Source: Octopus vulgaris (lineage: Eukaryota). Taken from it: a DNA stretch of 64,000 nucleotides. The stretch lies in contig OX597826.1 of assembly GCA_951406725.2 (NCBI GenBank), positions 1,178,001-1,242,000 on the forward strand, given 5' to 3'. Of the stretch, positions 1 through 12,834 are shown one piece after another. Numbering within the stretch: the first letter of the stretch is position 1; every line of letters begins with the position of its first letter. Position numbers and translations under genes: made by a program. The notes under the pieces were generated by a model. That model ran no database searches. It saw nothing but the letters and a program-made list of their open reading frames with translations, and had not been told where the DNA came from.

Positions 1-103
1 GGACTGAAATTGCAACTATGTCTTGTTTGTTTTTTTGATCTGATCTGGCTTTTTTATTGTTGAAATGTTTTTCTGTTTATTATTATTATTTTTCAATTTA
101 TAG

Positions 104-241
104 GTTTTCCAGTAGTGGTGAAATATCCGAGTACTCTGTGCTCATTCATGAGTATTATGCTCGTGAAGCGAAAAATCCTGTACATATTACAGTAGACACG
201 TCTTTGATGACTGGAAAAATGGGTGTTAAAGCTTTTATTAG
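104..241 (+). CDS. EIF3F: eIF3 subunit F, internal exon (MPN domain C-terminal part); upstream exons lie outside the window
   Basis: tag acceptor, gtaagt donor; encodes FSSSGEISEYSVLIHEYYAREAKNPVHITVDTSLMTGKMGVKAFI, matching the eIF3f motif SVLIHEYY..NPIHLTVDT. Confidence 0.95.
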
Positions 242-407
242 GTAAGTAAACAAATTAACCTCTTAGTATTTAAACCAGCCATATCTGGTCAAAATATTCT
301 GCTTGTTTTATATTCAAACTGGCCAGATCCAGCCTCTCACACCTACCAAACAATGTCATTTTAAAAATAAAACAACCACACCATCAAAATCTTGAATCTA
401 CAAGATA

Positions 408-567
408 GGAGTGACTGTGTGGTAAGTAGCTTGCTTACCAACCACATGGATCCGGGTTCATTCCCACTGCGTAGCACCTTGGGCAAGTGTCTTCTATAGC
501 CTCGGGCTGACCAAAGCCTTGTGATTTGGTTTGGTAGACAGAAACTGAATGAAGCCCGTCATATATA

Positions 568-600
<33 letters not shown>

Positions 601-790
601 GTCTGTGTTTGTCCCCGATTTGGCAACCGATGCTGGTGTGTTTACACCCCAGTCACTTAGCGGTTCGGCAAAAGAAACCGATAGAATAAGTACTGGGCTT
701 ACAAAGAATAAGTCCTGGGGTCGATTTGCTCGTCTAAAGGCAGTGCTCCAGCATGGCCACAGTCAAATGACTGAAATAAGTAAAAGAGGA
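408..790 (+). mobile_element. tRNA-derived SINE with CORE-like domain (further copies near 6540, 33603, 40305, 40945, 43020, 58390)
   Basis: A/B-box-like head (GTGGTAAG...GGGTTCATTCCC), CACCTTGGGCAAGTGTCTT core, internal (TA)n, recurrent 3' module ending AATGACTGAAA. Confidence 0.8.
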
Positions 791-2496
791 AAAAAGATAA
801 TGCATGATTAATTCAAAACAAAATGAATAACTAAGTATTACATTTGACAGGGTTAAATCTAATATTTTAAACCCTTTTGATAACTACTCCACCCAAGATT
901 CCCTCTGGTTCTATGTTATATGCTCCTTGTTTTAAATTCAAAATCTCCATCAAAATTTTGTTATAATTGCTGATGCAAAAATCAGCTTAATTAGTGGTGA
1001 AGTTATTTCATGAAATTTTCTGTTATTTTAAAAGTTAACTGAAACAAAATGCATCTTGACAGAAATGTAGTATCAAAAGAATTAAGAACTTTACGCTGTA
1101 ATGAAGGCTGCATTTCTCAGACATCTTAAATACATATAAAAATGGGTTAACAGTTTCTGATGGAACTTTTCTGCTGTCACTTGACTGGCTAGAAAGAGAA
1201 GCCGAATTTGTTTAGATTTATACTGTATAGTCTCAAAATGGGAGCGCGGTTAGGACTTTGATGATGTATACCTAAAAAATTGGAATGGTTACAATTGACA
1301 TGTCTTTGTTCAAATGTGTGGTGGAACAGGGATGACCACAAGGTCATCAATAAAATAAAAAATAAAAAAATTAAACGTAGTTTTTAATCTTTTAGCATTG
1401 TTTACTCCATCAAATGTAAGGCTTATTTATCCACATTGTTTTAAATTAATCATGCATTGTCTCATACCTTTGAAATTTCAACGACGTGATTGTTTATTTT
1501 TAGAATGACATTGTAGAGTAGGTGTAAGGTGCTGGATCTGGCCAATTTAAGCATAGAATAGGCAAAATATTTCGGCCGGTTTAGACAGTAAAGAGTTTAA
1601 CCCAAGTATAATAATGCTGTCACAGGGTGAATTGCCACAGCTGGTTAATTTCGTCAAACAGCTGTCAAGTCATATTCTATAATATAAGCAGTGAACCATC
1701 AAGAATTTCTGGCTGTAGTTCCTGTATCTACCAGCGCACAAGTTGAAATTTTCTGACAAAATTTTACAGCCAAAAAAATGATTGGTTGATGACGAAAGGA
1801 ACATACCATGACGATTTTGGAGGACCAAAAATTCCATAAGAAATGCTGCAAGATTTTGAAAGCTAGTTTACACTACATCATCATTTAATGACCATTTTCC
1901 ATGCTGCTGTAGGTTGGACAGTTTAACGGGCTGGCCAGCTGGAGTGTTGCCTGGGCTCCATTTGTCTATTTTGGCATGGTTTCTACACCTGGGTACCTTT
2001 CCTTGTGCCACCCACTCTACAGAGTGTACTGGGTGCATTGACTGTGACACCAGTACATGTTTACACTATACTACATTGACTTATATTTCAGAAAATATAT
2101 ATGTATATATGTATTTATGTATGTCATGGTTGATGCCAGTGCCCTCTGGCTGGCTCACGTACTGGTGGCATGCAAAAAGCACCATCTGAATGTGGTCGGT
2201 GCCAGTGCCGCCTCGACTGGTTTCCGTGCTGATGGCATGTAAAATGCACCCACTACACTCTGAGTGGTTGGCGTTAGGAAGGGCATCCAGCTGTAGAAAC
2301 CTTGCCAGATCAGATCGGAGCCTGGTGCAGTCCTCAGTCAAACTGTCTAACCCATGCCAGCATGGAAAGCAGACATTAAACAATGATGATGTTATGTGTG
2401 TGTAATATTTTTATAAATATTTAGGCATGTGTAGAGATGTATTTTGAAGTATGAAGCATAACTGTTTATTATTTTTCTCTTATTGTCATATTCCAG

Positions 2497-2588
2497 TACA
2501 CCGATGGGTGTTGCCAACAAGTCAACCGGTATCATGTTTACACCAGTTAATGTAGAAATAATTAAGTACGAGACAGAGCAAGTTGCAA
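2497..2588 (+). CDS. EIF3F: eIF3f exon
   Basis: ttccag/gtaagt; STPMGVANKSTGIMFTPVNVEIIKYETEQVA; phase 2 to 1, consistent with neighbours. Confidence 0.93.
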
Positions 2589-4402
2589 GTAAGTAGTTCT
2601 TTGAAATATCTCTGTCTGTGATTCCACTGCCTGTTATATGCACTCATAATTTACGTGAAGTACACAGAGTACTGAAAAACGACCTCAAGACACTGAACCT
2701 CTCAGGCAGGATGACAACGGACTGAGATGCTTGGTGCCTTGCTGTATTCAAGGAGACCTGTACTCTGTAGCAGAAGTGTTAAAACTGGATCCTCTGGTGG
2801 TGTCATGTAAAAGTGCCTGTGCAGTGCCACATGAAAGCACCTGGCACACTCTGTAAAGTGGTTGGCGTTAGGAAGGGCATCCAGCTGTAGAAACCCTGCC
2901 AATGCAGACTGGAGTTTGGTGCAGTTCTCTGGCTTGCCAGCTCTGGTCAAACCGTTCAACTCCTACCCAAATGGACAACAGATGTTAAACGGTAATGATG
3001 ATCAGCTGCAATGGTTCAGTACAGAAAGCCTGGCTACTTTTTGTCTATATATTGAATCTTTTGTGCTTCTTGAATATGACTGCTTTGTTGATAGTTGCTG
3101 AGTCCTGTCTTCTTGCTAGCTAAAAAACATTTGCCTATGATAGATTGACTGTTAGGCCTTTCAACCCCCAGGGCTTGTTTACATGTTTAGTAGTTTTTTT
3201 AATTCTTTGTTGGATTCAGCTGCAAGAATGATACCATCACTATGTGGCAGTTCTTACAAAAAGGCAATCTTAAGCTCCTCTGTTACAACCTGGAGAATAG
3301 GAGGGGGTCTGAGAACTGAACTATAGTGGATAGGAAGTTTTCACTGATGTTTTCAGAATGGTTCACCTTGAAATGGGTGTATTTTGGGGTCACGTCCATT
3401 TCAGTAATACCATTGTATGCACCCCATAAATCAATATATGGTCGTACCGCCTGACTGGCCCTTGTTCTGGTGGCACATAAAAGCACCCACTACACTCTTG
3501 AAGTGGTTGGCATTAGGAAGGGCATCCAGCTGTCGAAACTCTGCCAGATCAAAATTGGAGCCTTGTGCAGCCATCTGGTTCGCCAGTTTTCAGTCAAATC
3601 GTCCAACCCATGGTAGCATGGGAAGCGGACATTAAACGGTGATGATGATGATGATGATGTGCATGCTATTAGCCTGTTACGTTCCCACTGGAACTTTGCT
3701 CCATCTGCAGATAAGGTTTATATATTTTTAGTAGCTTGTTATGTAGAAATATGTGGTTTGAGTAAGAGAAATTGTTAAAGTGATCTAAATTAAAACCTTT
3801 CATCATCATCATCATCATGTTTAACATCCACTTTCCATGCTGACATGGGTTGGACGATTTGACTGAGGTCTGGTGAACCAGATGGCTGCACCAGGCTCCA
3901 ATCTTGACCTGGCAGAGTTTCTACAGCTGGATGTCCTTCCTAATGCCAACCACTCCGAGAGTGTTGTGGATGTTTTTACGTGCCACTGGCATGAGGGCCA
4001 GTCGAGGCAGTACTGGCAGCAGCCATGCTCAAATGGTGCTTTTTATGTGCCACCTGCACAGGAGCCACTCCAGCGGCACAGGCAATGACCTTGCTCAAAT
4101 GTTTTGTTCACATGCCACCAGCACAAGTGCCACTAAGGCGACACAGGTGATGTTGATTTATGTTCCAAACATCAGATTAATAATGATAAAGTTATTTTTC
4201 TAAATTCTTCATTATTATCATTAATTGAGATAAAGGCAATGAACTTCAACAGAAATATGTTAATGAAAAGGGGTCAACTTGTGACGGTCACTTGGGTGTG
4301 GAGTTCATTTTAGTTGGGTTTTTTTTTCTTTTGTTTTGGATTATTTTCATTTTATATTGACAATATTTGTTCATGATTTTTCCTTCTGTTTCTTAATTAC
4401 AG

Positions 4403-4539
4403 TCAACTTGATTCGGGAAAGCCAGCTTTCTTCTAAAAGGTCCGTCTCTATGGTAACTGATTTACAACAAGTAGACATACTTTGTGGACGACTGCAGAGC
4501 ATGCTTGCAATTGTTCAGCAATATGTTGAAGATGTTCTG
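4403..4539 (+). CDS. EIF3F: eIF3f exon
   Basis: tacag/gtaagt; INLIRESQLSSKRSVSMVTDLQQVDILCGRLQSMLAIVQQYVEDVL. Confidence 0.93.
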
Positions 4540-4966
4540 GTAAGTTGGTCCTGAACTCTCTCTCTCTCCCCCCCTCCCCACTAGGACATCATCTTCAATG
4601 AAAGTGTGAGACAAGTGGGAGTTGTCAGACTGGAATAAATTTCACTTACACAAAGTGGTCAGTTTGCTAGTTCTGGATTTGTGTGTGTGTGTATATATTA
4701 TTGAGTGTATATACTCAATTTATATCTTTTTACCCATTGAGACTCGTAGATTATGTGATGCGAAGTAGAATTCACATCCATTCCCTCATAGCCATGTGCA
4801 GTGTGTTAAAGATCAAGTCTGCAATTAATACAGTTTTGATCAAGGAGTAAATATTTTTTCCAATTAATTATAATAATAATAAAGGGTAAAATCATAAATG
4901 AGTTTTACCAAGTGGTCAGTGTGAAAATAAAACCTTGTAGGTAAATTAATATAAATATTTTATAAT

Positions 4967-5340
4967 TATATACATAATTATAACAAGGGCTTGGCTTGCG
5001 CCTCACCATGCACTTAAAAATAGACGTCTAAAGACACTATTACCACCATAAATTCTCTAAGAAAAACACATAAGATAAGCGATGGCGAAGCTTGCTTACA
5101 TACTCGTAGCCACTCGTATTTATATGGCTGAGTATACCGTCGCTGACGAAGGCAAAAAGGTAAAGTTTTGTATTACTTTAAGCCCGAAACAAAGTTTGTA
5201 ATTCATGTTCTTTCTTCTGCTGGCATATGTGTAGTGTGTTTTTCTCAGAGAATTTATGGTGGCAATAGTGTCTTTTGATGTCTATTTTTCAGTGTGTGTG
5301 GTGAGGTGCAAGCCAAGCCCTTGTTATAATTATGTATATA
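4967..5340. repeat. Fold-back element: about 104-bp inverted arms (4967-5070 / 5235-5340) with a degenerate hammerhead core in the spacer
   Basis: Arms are visible reverse complements; CTGACGA at 5143 and GAAAC at 5186 flank a GGC/GCC stem. Confidence 0.75.
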
Positions 5341-6966
5341 CTGTGCGTATATATATATACACACACACACAGAGGCTCTACCATGGCTGTGTGCTTAAGA
5401 CGCTTACTCCCCAACCACATGGTGACATGGTGCCTTCTGCTATAACTTGTTTGACCCAAAGCCTGTGTGAATGGATTTGGTACATGAAAACTGCATGAAG
5501 TCTATTGTGTGTGTTTCTTATTTCTTTATTGCCCATGAGGGGCTAAAGACAGAGGGGACAGACAAAGGGTTTAAGTTGATTACATCGGCCCCAGTGTGTA
5601 ACTGGTACTTAATTTATCAACCCCGAAAGGATGAAAGGCAAAGTTGACCTCGGCGGAATTTGAACTGAGAACGTAACGGCAGATGAAATACCACTAAGCA
5701 CTTCGCCTGACGTGCTAACATTTCTGCCAGCTCACTGCCTTAATTTGTATTTGTATGTTTCTGTCTCTTTGACATCACATGGCACTTGTAAATGAGAGTC
5801 CCTGTCATATAAGTGGTGTTGGTCATGGAGAAGTATTACCTTACTTGGCAACAGGAAGGGCATCCTACCATACAACATCTGCCTCAACTACCTCTGTCTG
5901 ATCCATACAAGCATGTAAAAGTGGATGTTAAAATGATGGTACATTCAATTGAATTATTAAAACTCTGAAACTGAGAAGAAAATTTGAAGCAGGCTTATTT
6001 TGCACAAAATTTCTTTTTTTTTTCTTTCTTTCATTTCTCTGCGCCACTTTGGAATTAATGATGCACCAGTGCCATGTAAAAGTGCCTTTGCCGGTGCCAT
6101 ATAAAAAGCACCCAGTACACTCTGAAGTGGTTGGTGTTAGGAAGGGTATGCAGCCATTGAGACCATGTGTAAAGAGACAGTTTGAACTTGGGCAGCTGCT
6201 GTCAAACTGTCCAACTGTCAAAACGCCAGCATGGGATGTGGACATTAAATGATGATGATGATGATGATAATATGTATTATACACTGCTTAATTACTGTTG
6301 CTAATGGAGTAGTCAAATTCAGAGAACTACAACCCTGCACAGTGGGACTGAACCTGAAATCAGATGGTTGGTGGGCAAATTACTCATCCACACGACCAAA
6401 CCTGTGTCTGTTTTTGTATGTGTATGCGTTGGGTAATTAGGATTAGAAACCGATACCAAAAATTAGGTTACCTAAAACCCTTCGGGTCTCTAATCATGTT
6501 TACCACACAAACTAATCACAGTTATTCAGTTTAGGTACAGGTGTGGCTGTTAGGTAATAATTTTGCTTCCCAGCCACATGATTCTGGGTTCAGTCCCACT
6601 GCATGGCACCTTGGGGAGGTGTTTTTCTACTATAGCCTCAGGCCAACCAAAGCCTTGCAAATGGATTTGGTTGACAGAAACTGAAAGAAGCCTGTCGTAT
6701 GTGTGTGTGTGTCTTTGTTTGTCCCCCATTACTGCTTGATGACCAGTGTTTGTGTGTGAATGTCACTGTAACTTAGTGGTTTGGCAAAAGAGACTGATAG
6801 AATAAGTACCACACTTTAAAAAAAAGAAAAGTCTTGGGGTCTTATTCTTCAAGGTGGTGCCCCAGGATGGCTGCTGTCTAATGACTGAAACAACCGGTGA
6901 AAAAAAAAAGGGTGGGGGGAATGGCATTTATTTATTTTATTTTATTTTCTGTATAATTCAATTCAG

Positions 6967-7080
6967 GATGGTAAAATTGCTCCAGATAACAGCACAGGAC
7001 GCTTTCTGATGGAACTTATTCACAGTGTCCCAATGATTGATCCTGACGAATTTTCTGCAATGCTAAATGCCAACATAAAG
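6967..7080 (+). CDS. EIF3F: eIF3f exon
   Basis: ttcag/gtgagt; DGKIAPDNSTGRFLMELIHSVPMIDPDEFSAMLNANIK. Confidence 0.95.
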
Positions 7081-7580
7081 GTGAGTATGGTTATGGTCGC
7101 TTCTCTGTCTCTATCTCTGTCTGTCTGTCTGTCTCTCTCTCTCTCATAGTTTGAGTGCAAGAGATGATGACTACGTTGACTCCAGTGTTCAACTGGTAAT
7201 TTTGTCGACCCCACTGAAAGGACGAAAGGTAAATTTTACACCTCAGCAGCAGACTTTGAGCTCACTACATACAGATAGGTAAAATGTTGCTGCACTTTCT
7301 GTCTGCAGTGTGCTAACCATTCTAAGACTCAGTATTAATAATGTCACTCTTTGACTCTTTTAACAAGGGTGACTGTCCATTTATTGACGACTTAATGTAA
7401 TTGTTTTGTATGGTAGTAGAATATGTTGGGCTGGATCGGCCAGTTTAGATGCCAAAAGCTTAAATATAACCAAGTATTCAGTGGTTTAATCTTAAGTTAA
7501 TGGTTCAGAAATTTAATTTAGAGTTTCGTTAACTTTCAGTATTATTTGTGAATTGATTTTTATTCTTTATTTCTTTCCAG

Positions 7581-7679
7581 GATCTTCTGATGGTTACTTA
7601 CCTCTCCAATTTAACTCGTGCCCAACTGGCTCTGAACGAAAGGCTCACTATGTTTATAGCTATGGGTGCTAAAGAGTAG
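7581..7679 (+). CDS. EIF3F: eIF3f terminal coding exon
   Basis: ttccag acceptor; DLLMVTYLSNLTRAQLALNERLTMFIAMGAKE then TAG. Confidence 0.95.
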   Translation, partial: DLLMVTYLSNLTRAQLALNERLTMFIAMGAKE

Positions 7680-7745
7680 GCAAAGATTCAGGATGCATTT
7701 AATTATTAATACAAGGACTCTTCAAAGTAATTTCAATTATATTGA

Positions 7746-7757
7746 AATAAAATTAAA
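7746..7757 (+). terminator. Polyadenylation signals of EIF3F (AATAAA then ATTAAA)
   Basis: AATAAA about 65 nt after the stop codon, followed by a T-rich downstream element. Confidence 0.65.
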
Positions 7758-8919
7758 ATGTAATAGAATTTTGAGTTGCCTTTTTAACTATTTTATTTTA
7801 TTTATTTATTTTTTTTTTGTCTTTGGTCAGTAAGTGTTATTTCCTTTGCTTCTACTTAGAAATCAAAAGAAAGGACTACTATTCCTTTTATACCTTGGTT
7901 TTATGACCTGGACATCAATGTTGTGAAACTGACCTTATTTTTCCATTACGTTTCAGACAGATTCGGTGTTGAGTTGCTGAAGCAGAAATATCGTTATACC
8001 AAATCTGCTCAATACCACAGATTTGCTTCTCAGTTGCTTGACCATAACCTCTTGAGCATGTCCCTTAGCGCTGATAATACGTGCATCTCTGATCATGAGC
8101 AGGAGTAGTGGGAGAGCATCATAGCCATGTGTTGAGTGGGATTCTTTGGGGTTTGAATAAATGTTAGCAAAGTTTGAAGGAAATATTAGCTATTTATCAT
8201 TCTTTCTAGAGGTAAGCAAATAGGAAATAAGTTATTACTCAAGGACAAAAACCGTGTTAAGCAGTGCAATGTTTCATTATATGCCTCATTATCAATGGCT
8301 TAGATGGGAAAATATTCTGATTTGTAACTAGTCTGGTACTGTTTACACGACTAGGTGTCATACACTTAATGAGAATTAGATCAAACCTATTGTATAGGTA
8401 TTAATTTTATCTTTTACATGTTTCAGTCATTGGACTACAGCCATGCTGGGGCACAAATTGATCCCAATACTTATTTTTTTAAGAACTGGTACTTATTCTG
8501 TAAGTCTTTTTTTGCCAAACAGCTAAGTGACAGGAATGTCAAACCAATACTGTTAGTCAAGTGCTGGTAATGGACAGACGCAAACAGAAATACACATGCA
8601 CACTCACATACAATGGGCTTCTTTCAGATTCTGTCTATCAAATGTAGAAAAGGACGCTTGTCCAAAGTTCTGCACTGCAGGACTGAACCAAGCACCATGT
8701 GGTTGGGAAGCAAGCTTCTTAACGTACAGCCACAGAGGCACTTGTAAAAAAAAATACCTCTTTGGGTGAAAACTGCAAAGGGCATGTCTACTAAATATTA
8801 AATATTAACATTATAACAATTACTAAATAATTTTAATGTTTAATTTCAGATTTAAATAAATTTTAATGATTATAAGGGTGTCTATTTACTTCTGGTGTGT
8901 GTGTGTGTGTATGTATGTA

Positions 8920-9780
8920 CATCATCTTCATAATACTAAAACTCTAGGGATGTTTGTTCGTGTGTAACTGAAATATCTCAGAAATAGTATATTTTATCTT
9001 AAGTTTTTTTACATATTTATTTTCATACTTACCTTCAGCAGTGCAGTACAAATTTTTGTGACATTTGGACCTCTATTTAAACTATTAAACACAATTTTTG
9101 TTTTTTCTTGGCTTCCGTGACATCAACAGACATACAGATTAGACATACATATAATGAAAGTCAATCAACACAAACACATGTCCGCTATCTGTGACATATA
9201 CACACACATAGTCTTTGCACTGTCTAAGAAAAAAACTGTCGACTTTGATATACCTAAATGATTAAAATATTATTTTAATCATTTAGAAATATTTTTAGCT
9301 GAATGTGATTTCATCATCCGGAGTTCGTTAATTTCCATAAAAATGTTTTATTTATTTACTTTTGTTTTAAAATGAAAGCGAGGAGAAAGTGAAAGATGTA
9401 TGTACGTATATACGAAATAGATGTACATATGTGAAAGAGAGAGAGATTGAGTGAAAGGGTGTGTTGTCATGTATATGTACATATATCAATACATATGTGT
9501 ACATCTTATTTGTATGTACGTGTGAGGTGAGTGAACATGTATGTGTAAGTGGCACACACTTTCTTTCTCTCTCTCTCTCTCTTATACACGCACACATCCA
9601 TTTCATATAATGTTCATACATCTTTCACTTTCTCCTCTATTTCACTTCAAAACAAAAGTAACAGTTGATTTTCAGGATAAAAATTATATTAAAAAATAGC
9701 TTCTACTCCTGTAAATTGATTACTATTGTTTGGATAGTTCCCATTAAATAAGTCCAGAAGTTGGGTTAAATATACACACA
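8920..9780. mobile_element. Degenerate non-autonomous Helitron-like element with an internal ~47-bp inverted repeat (about 9356-9403 / 9615-9661)
   Basis: 5' segment resembles the Helitron-like head at 53460; the inverted repeat is read directly. Confidence 0.4.
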
Positions 9781-9839
9781 TGCATAAGTACCATGAATCC
9801 CCATTCTACAAAATGGCAAACAATTCAGTGAATACTTTA

Positions 9840-10824
9840 CTGGACAACACTGGGTAAGCTCACAAGGAATGAAGCCAGTATGATCCGATGGATGTGTAAT
9901 GTCAGTGTGCATACTCGACAGAGTGTAAGTACCTTGAGAGAAAAGTTGTACCTAAGAAGCATCAGATATGGTGTGCAAGAGAGATGACTGTGCTGGTATG
10001 GTATGGTGAGAATGATGAGGACAGCTGTGTGAAAAGTGCCACACCCTAGCGGTTGAGGGAACCTGAGGAAGAGGTAGACCTGGGATGAAGTGGTGAAGCA
10101 CGACCTTTGAACTTTGGGCCTCACCGAGGAAATGACTAGTGACCGAGACTTTTGGAAATATGCTGTGTTTGAGAAGACCCGGCAAGCCAAATGAGACCAT
10201 AATCTCAGGGGCATTACCAGCCCACTTATGCATACCTTTTCCTTCTTTGGACACTAAAACTCTGCTTGCGAAAACCTGTTGAGACAAGTGAAATCAAAAT
10301 CAAATTCAATGAACGGCGTCCGTGCAAGTGGGGTACAAAGAGCACCATACAAGTGTGATCATTGACAGCGGCTAACCGGCTTCCGTGACAGTGGCACTTA
10401 AAAGGCACCATTCGAGCGTGATCATTACCAGCATCGCCTTACTGGCACTTGAGCCCCGTGCTAGTAGGTTATTAAGAGCACTATCTGAGTGTGACCATTG
10501 CCAGAGCAGCTCTCTGGCCTCCGTGCCGGTGGCACGTAAAAGACATCATTCGAGCGTGATTGTTACCAGCATCGCCTTACTGTGCCGGTGGCATGTGTAA
10601 AAGATTCGAGCGAGGTCATTGCCAGTACCACCTGACTGGCCCCGTGCCAGTGGCACGTAAAAGCACCCACAACAGTCTAAGAGTGGTTGGCGTTAGGAAG
10701 GGCATCCAGCTGTAGAAACTCTGCCAGATCAAGATTGAAGCCTGGTGCAGTCATCTGGTTCGCCAGCCCTCAATCATCGTCCAACCCATGCTAGCATGGA
10801 AAGCGGACGTTAAACGATGATGAG
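9840..10824 (+). mobile_element. 5'-truncated RTE-clade LINE 3' end with tandem-repeat 3' UTR and (GAT)n tail
   Basis: Decayed RT C-terminus (RNEASMIRWMCNV); TGGCACGTAAAAGCACC repeats; GGCGTTAGGAAGGGCATCCAGCTG module; GATGAT end. Confidence 0.8.
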
Positions 10825-10949
10825 GATATATATATATATATAATGAAATTATTGTGTATAGTGCTCAGGTGCACTACAACTCATGTACAGTACATAGAAT
10901 TGTGTACAAAAGTGAGGAAAGTGAATAGTGTACGGGTCATAATATGCAT

Positions 10950-12263
10950 CTGTACTCAAGTTCCACAGAAGTAAAGTTGACCTAACAAACTTAAAGAATT
11001 AGAGAAAAATGCTGCATAGAGAGGGTGGTGATATAAAATTGTCACCACCCCAAGGAATTTTAGAAGGAATACAAGAGAAGACTATCATCTACAAGGTTTA
11101 TTCTATAGAGGAAAAGAAGATAGAAGTAATGGCAATAGAAAAAGCCTTAAGACCAATCTGGCAAGATATGTAATATGTTGCCAGGGGAAACAGATATGGC
11201 ACAGTGGTAGTGTGTCTCAGAGTGGCAGTGAAGGCAAAGCTAATTTTGGTGACCCCATTGAGAACAGAAAGCGTGGTGCTTCTACCAATGTACCTTGCAA
11301 GGAGGGCTTCCAGATTGAGGATAGAAGGAAATCCACCAGAAATTGATGTGGCCTGGGTAGCGGCTGCTGTTCTCCTAGGCAATGAGGATGAAATAGCAGT
11401 CCTCCAGGTCATTAAGACAGAAGTAATGAACTGGAAGGGGCAGACATTGGGGTTGATTATCCCAGGATTGGTAGAGAGCTCAAAAAAATGGTGGTGACAT
11501 GGTATGAAGAGTTAGGGTAGATGGCAGAATCCCTCGATGCTTCAGATGTAGCCTAAAGGGCCACATTAGAGTGGACTGCGCTTCACCAAGAGAGAACACA
11601 AGAAGAGCTAGCAGAGAAAGATGTACCAACGGAAGAGGTAAAAGATGATGTATCATGGAAAGTTGTAGAGAATAGAAGAAAAAGAAGAAAGCGAATCAAA
11701 CAGGTAAAACCCACACCTTTTCAACCTCCCCTCTCTCCACTGACACCAGACTCACCCACTCCCTTCCGACACAAAAATAAAAAGGAAAAGCGCTGACACA
11801 CAGGAACCCCCAAACTGCCCCTCCCCCCAGCCAAAGAAGAAAGTTGTTTTGCGTGTGTGTTGACCGAAGGTGCAAGTGAGGAACTGATAGGGGAAGCAGT
11901 GAGTATGAAAGGCGCTGTGTCGGTTGATTTAGAGGGAGATGTGAACATTAGTGGGAGGCAAAAGGAAAGAGTGGAAAGATATAAAGGTGGGTTCACGGTG
12001 TGGAAGGTGAACATAAACATAAGCAATTTGCCGGGTGACATATTATACACGGATCTCACAAAAAAGAGGAAAATAGACATTCTAAAATAAGCGTTCAAAG
12101 TGGAAGGAAGTAAGTGAAGTTGCTTGGAGTGGGACGAATAACTTTGTTTTCTTTGTCATTCATGTTTTGTCATACGCTTTTTCTCATTTTTTTCTAACGT
12201 TTTGTGTCCCCACATGTCTTTCTTTTGTCCCCTCTATGTTCGTCCTTAGTGGGCAATAAAAAA
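10950..12263 (+). mobile_element. ORF1-only (HAL1-like) retroelement, decayed; gag-like protein with CCHC zinc knuckle
   Basis: CFRCSLKGHIRVDC at about 11538-11579; protein aligns with the element at 47793-49819; ends GGGCAATAAAAAA; no RT; 5' boundary approximate. Confidence 0.65.
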
Positions 12264-12433
12264 TCAGTCATGATATACATATGTGCATGCGAGGATATCA
12301 GGTGTAGTATTGGCGAATTTCAGGAAGGATGCAATGCCTTGGCAACTAACAACTGATGCAGATAGTTCGTTCCGTATCCATATCAGCTATCTGAAAAAGA
12401 AGCACACTTTAAAGCATTAGATCAGTAATATAT

Positions 12434-12484
<51 letters not shown>

Positions 12485-12489
12485 AGTAG

Positions 12490-12834
12490 TTGAATGAATT
12501 ATCCTAGTATGGATAATTCGGTTAACCGATACCCGGGTAGCAAATTTACGTCAGAAATCACGGTTGAAGCTACATGCCAAGGGCAGAAATCACGTGCTTT
12601 CGTGTGGAAATTTGTGTGTTTTTTGTTAAATGGTCGTTCGACTCCATTCTTTCATTTATATATATATATATTCATTCATTCAGTTAAAAGTCATGACCAT
12701 CCACCCTATAGCTGTGCACGTGTCTCTCTCCCTCCCTCTTTCTCTGAATAAATCAATTGCGAGTTACCTGCCCCTGTCCACTCGGTGCGTAATTTAAATC
12801 TTTTTCCGTCTCTCACCAGATTTCGGATCAGAAA
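12490..12834 (+). promoter_or_regulatory. Probable TTF2 promoter / 5' UTR
   Basis: Locally CpG-retaining non-repeat DNA just upstream of the first exon; CACGTG at 12591 and 12717; TTACGTCA near 12546; pyrimidine tract before the ATG. Confidence 0.5.

Noticed and set aside
4740-4850. Possible intronic C/D snoRNA in EIF3F
   Set aside because: TGTGATG is only a partial C box; no D box, terminal stem or recognisable guide was found.
12494-12751. 85-aa ORF upstream of TTF2 as an alternative start
   Set aside because: No recognisable homology; the ATG at 12835 matches the TTF2 N-terminus and has a phase-compatible donor.
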